Below are positions 59,751-64,000 of a DNA stretch of 64,000 nucleotides, one piece after another. Below the pieces are notes generated by a model. It was not told the DNA's origin, made no database searches, and worked only from the letters and a program-made list of their open reading frames with translations. The DNA is from Octopus sinensis. Its lineage: Eukaryota. Each line of letters begins with the position of its first letter. Positions within the stretch are counted from its first letter, which is position 1. The stretch is from NCBI RefSeq assembly GCF_006345805.1, contig NC_042997.1:207328001-207392000 (forward strand), written 5' to 3'. Both the position numbers and the translations under genes were made by a program.

Positions 59751-62329
59751 GATTTTGGGTGGTGCATCCTAGATCCTGTCATTATTTTTCTTGTTTTTCT
59801 GTCTATTTTGGTTAGTTCATTTAGGGATATTGTAGCTGTAACTTATAACTGGGACGGCTAAAGTGTTAATACCTGTTATCTTGTTTTTAGTATTGAGCTC
59901 TGTTTTTAGTATTGATCTAACTCGTCTATAGTATTCTTTCTATATTTTCTCTTTCAGTTGTGTGTGTTGTGTCTTATCTAGTTCATGAATTCCTAAGTAT
60001 TTGTAAGTTTGGCTTTGGTCTAATTCTTTTATTTCATTTGATTTATCTAGTGTGATGTTGCTACTCTTACCTAGTTTTCCTCTTTTCAGGGTTACTTTGG
60101 CACATTTTTCTAATCTAAATTTCATATCTATTTCTTTGTTAAATCCATGAACTGTCTTTAGTAGTGTTTCCAGCTGTTTGTCATTTGTAGCGTATAGTTT
60201 TAGGTCATCCACATATAAAAGGTGGCTGATTGTTTTGCTGTAACATTTATATCCGCATCCAGTTCTATGTAGCATATCAGATAGAGGTGTCAGTGCCAAG
60301 TTGAAAAGGAGTGGAGAGAGAGAGTGTCTCCCTGGAATATTCCTCTTCGAATGGGGATGGCTTTGGTTTTCACGAGTCCCTCTTTTGTTTGGAGCTGTTG
60401 CACTGTCTGCCATTTATTCATAGAGTGTCGTATTTATTTTATAATTGTTGGTGCTACCTTGTTAATGGCTAGTGTTTTGAGGATTCATGTGTGGGGAATG
60501 CTATCTAACGCCTTTCGGTAGTTGATCCAGGCCATACTGAGGGCTTTCTTCTTTCTGCGGCTGTCTTCAGTTATGGCTTTATTGATCATTAGTTGATCTT
60601 TACAGCCATATGAGCCTTTGCGGCATCCTTTCTGCTCTTCTGGAAACAGGTTGTTTTCGTCCAGGTGCTTGTTCAATCTTTGCAATATTATTGCAGTAAA
60701 TGCTTTGTACATTGTAGGGAGACAGGTTATAGGTCTGTAGTTTTCTGGTTTTGCTGTCTCATTGGATTTGGGAATTAAGATGGTTTTCCCCTTCATGAGC
60801 CATTCAGGCATTGTCTCTGGCTCTGCCAGTATGTTGTTAAAATTTTTAGCCAGCTTTTTGTGCATTCCTGTCAGATATTTCAACCAGAAGTTGGGGATCC
60901 TGTCATGCCCAGATGTCATCCAGTTGCTTAGTCTTTGCAGTGCCTGGGTGACCTCTTCAGTTGTTATGGGGGTCCAAAGTTGCTCAGGTGCTAAGTTTGT
61001 TGTTTTAATACTCCTTTCTTTTGGTTGATCTTTCGCCGACCATATTTCTCTCCAGAATTCTTCCACTTCTTATGCTGTTGGTGCTTCAGTGATTTCTATT
61101 TTATTTTTGCCAAGTTCTTGGTAGAACTTTTTGGGGTTGGAGTTGAACTGTTTGTTTGTTTTGTTCAAAGAAACGTTAGCGTTTCTCATACCAGCGGATC
61201 CTTTGTGCTTTGGCAAGGATATCTTGCTTTAGCTTTTCTTTTACTTCAGGTAAATCTTTTTCTGTGATGTTGTATTTGCACAGTATTTTTATTTTCTTTT
61301 TGTTGCTTAGTAGCGTTGATTGTCTACTAATTTCGTTAAGAATCAACAGATCTTTTTTCATTTTTTGTATTTTTTGGGGGGATATTATTTATCCACAGGG
61401 TTTGTTTGGGTGGTGGTACTCCTGTTTGGATAGGTTTGAGTGAGTATCCAGCTTCTTTTGTGGCTGCAGTGGCTGCTGCCTATATTATGTCATTTAGCTC
61501 AGTGATATTGCCATTTGTTTCTGTGGCTATTAGTTCCGTGACAGCCAGGTTTATGCTATTTATTATCGATGTTGTTTTTTGGTCTATTTTGATTTTTGGG
61601 AGGTATGTGTTTTTCGGTTCTTTGATTATTCTATTTTTTATGGTATCATAATCATTAGGCTCCCCTTCATTGTTTCCAGGTTTTAGATTTGTGTCGCTTT
61701 TTTCTCATTCATATGTTTGTCTGTTGTGTTTTGGTTTGCTGCTTTTCTTACATTATTATTCATCCTTACGGTCTGGGTTTGTTGTTTTTTGTTTACTTCG
61801 TTTTTGTTGGAAATGTTACGTCTGTCTTCGTGTTTTACTATCTCAGTGTTTATATTATTTGGTATTGTTGTCTGTTTACTATCTACATTTTCCTGATGTA
61901 TTTTTTCTTATAAATGTTCTATTTCTATTTCTGATATTTTTTTTGCGTTGAGAATATATCTTCGTATGTTAGCTAGTTTATTAGGGTTCATTGCTGTATC
62001 CAAGTCTTTGTTTAGGTTATTTTTCTTCCATATTTTATATGTATTTGTTGTTGTGTTTTTGTTCTTTGGGTAGAGCAATTCCTCTACCACCACCTCTTTT
62101 GGCTCCACCTCTTCTTCTCCTTTTCCTCCTCTGCCACCCCCACCCCACCCCCTCTTCTTCTTCTTCTTCTTCTTCTCTTCTTCTTCTTCTTCTTCTTCTT
62201 CTCTTCTTCTTCTTCTTCTTCTTCTTCTCTTCTTCTTCTTCTTATTATTATTATTATTATTATCATATCATAGATGTCGCCCAGTATACAATGTTATAAA
62301 GTTGTTGATTGCAGACATTGTATATAATG

Positions 62330-62380
62330 TTTGTCAAGTGACAACAAGGACCTCAGACAGACACTAGGCAGAGGAAAAAC

Positions 62381-62418
<38 letters not shown>

Positions 62419-64000
62419 TAAGCAAGAATGAGACATGCAAATCTTGTCGTAACAATTTCAACTTTGCAAGACTGACCAGAGAATTAAGTGAAGACATTTT
62501 TATCGATGGAAATGAATTCAAGAGTGCAAAATGTAGCAGAAAAATGGTATTAAACATTCATAGAACTGGCCCCCAAAAAATTCATTTGTGGACAGTTCTA
62601 TATGAAACAACTGGAGCCAAAAGTAGGAAAGTGGAGCAGGCAACACAGTAGCATATAGAGAAATGCTTAAAACCAGTTTGGAAAAGCAAAACTTATGTAG
62701 CCAAGGGAAAGAAATATGGGACTGTCAAAGTGAGGTTCATCTCAAAGGAGGAAACCAAAAAATCACTCGGCAGCTACCCTAAAAACTGAGAAACTAATCA
62801 TTATTCCCATCTATCTTGGTCGAAGAACTTTCAACATCCTACCAGACATAAACAGAACAGGGGATGCAGCTTCTAATACAGGCAGACGAGCAAAGTGTTT
62901 TAGTCTACAGGATGGCACAAAGCTTTATGTGGCTATTGAGGGTAGGAAACCAAGATGTCAGTTGTGCAAGGATACAAACCATCCCAAAGCTTTCTGTTAA
63001 TAACAAACAAGAGATGTGAACTACCCCACAAAGCAACAAACAACAACAAAGTAAAACAAAAAAGCTAATGCATCACACATATATAACCATAGAAAGCTCA
63101 CACACACACACACCAACCTGATGTCACCGAGAAACAAGCCAGAGACACATATTGAAGTCATACAGACATCACGACCTACGTATAATACCATCAAAACAAA
63201 ATATCCTGAGGTGGGTTGGGTTGGGGGGCTTTCCAGAGAGTCATAAATTGAGACAAATATGTAAAGAACTGCTTGTGGAAACATCCACATATATCCATGG
63301 AGATGGAACATCCATCCCCTCCTCACCAACTAAGTCAATTCCTCGTTTCTATACTTTGATCTAACCCTACTCAGAGTCAGCAGTATAAATGGGAGTGACC
63401 TGGGGTTGCCTTGGCAACAAGGGCCATCTATGCAATGACCTCATGTCACTAAGTGTCAATGTAGTGGCCATCAGTAAAACCAGATTCTCTGACCAACTAA
63501 AGCTTTCATGTCCATTTTCGATGGATGCAAGGTATATTTATTTCAATTCCAATGAGGGATGGGTGGTGGAACAGTGGTGTTGATCCAGATACGCCCCAGG
63601 AGGGAAGTTGGTGATGCTGGACAATAGTGATGGGGGTCCCTTCAGACTGGTGACTGTTTATGCTCTGACAGGAACAGGACATCCAGTCTGCTTCAGACGT
63701 CCGGAGGCTTTCCTATGAGCACCCTGCCCTTTAGTGTTAGTGGGCGAATGAAGTACCATCATAGATCCATGTTTGGACTGTGTGGGGCTACAAGAGAGAA
63801 AAAGGGGTGGGGGTGGGGTAAAAGGCTTGCAAACCTGCTCAGACATTGCATCTGTCATATCATATCGCCTGACCATCATGCCCTGCCACAGTTCAAATCT
63901 GACCAAACTGGAGCAAATGCTCCCACTTTCTGTGAAAGGGACACATTCTACTTGTCAGGCACTCCATTTGCTGTCAATACCCACTGAATGTAGAGCTGGG
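62330..64000 (+). mobile_element. Degenerate L1/Tx1-like LINE (ORF1 remnant and APE N-terminus)
   Basis: Fragmented APE-like peptide GHLCNDL..VNVVAISKTR, then GPFRLVTVYA, with many stops and frameshifts. Confidence 0.6.

Larger units (their letters stand above)
56091..62079 (-). mobile_element. R4/Dong family A, copy A3 (older), interrupted by RTE and DINE-1-like insertions
   Basis: Collinear with A2 across 56091-56276, 57943-58953 and 59751-62079; (ATT)n at the 3' end. Confidence 0.92.

Overview
AT-rich, microsatellite-rich animal genomic DNA. The repeat complement suggests an octopus-like cephalopod, which is inference rather than a database match. About 1.7% of the window is host coding sequence: six + strand exons (7243-7488, 39502-39681, 44056-44174, 44456-44683, 45264-45491, 55929-55983) with GT-AG sites and compatible phases. 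They join into 352 open codons encoding parts of two tandem macrodomains (macro-PARP, PARP14/9/15-like); the gene runs off both window ends. The introns, one of them 32 kb, are filled with: many RTE LINE copies; a CR1-clade LINE; a large set of R4/Dong LINEs from several families, mostly at (TAA)n tracts and all antisense to the gene; an L1/Tx1 remnant; a DD37D maT transposon; DINE-1/Helentron-like non-autonomous elements; tRNA-derived SINEs; and a degenerate 17-18 bp satellite with higher-order structure. The most unusual locus is 18540-19793, a nested Penelope-like composite. It holds a GIY-YIG tail, a tRNA-like Pol III head immediately after its stop codon, and a minimal hammerhead-ribozyme-like motif. 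A second hammerhead-bearing fold-back unit is inserted into it, and each nesting level is bounded by its own target-site duplication.
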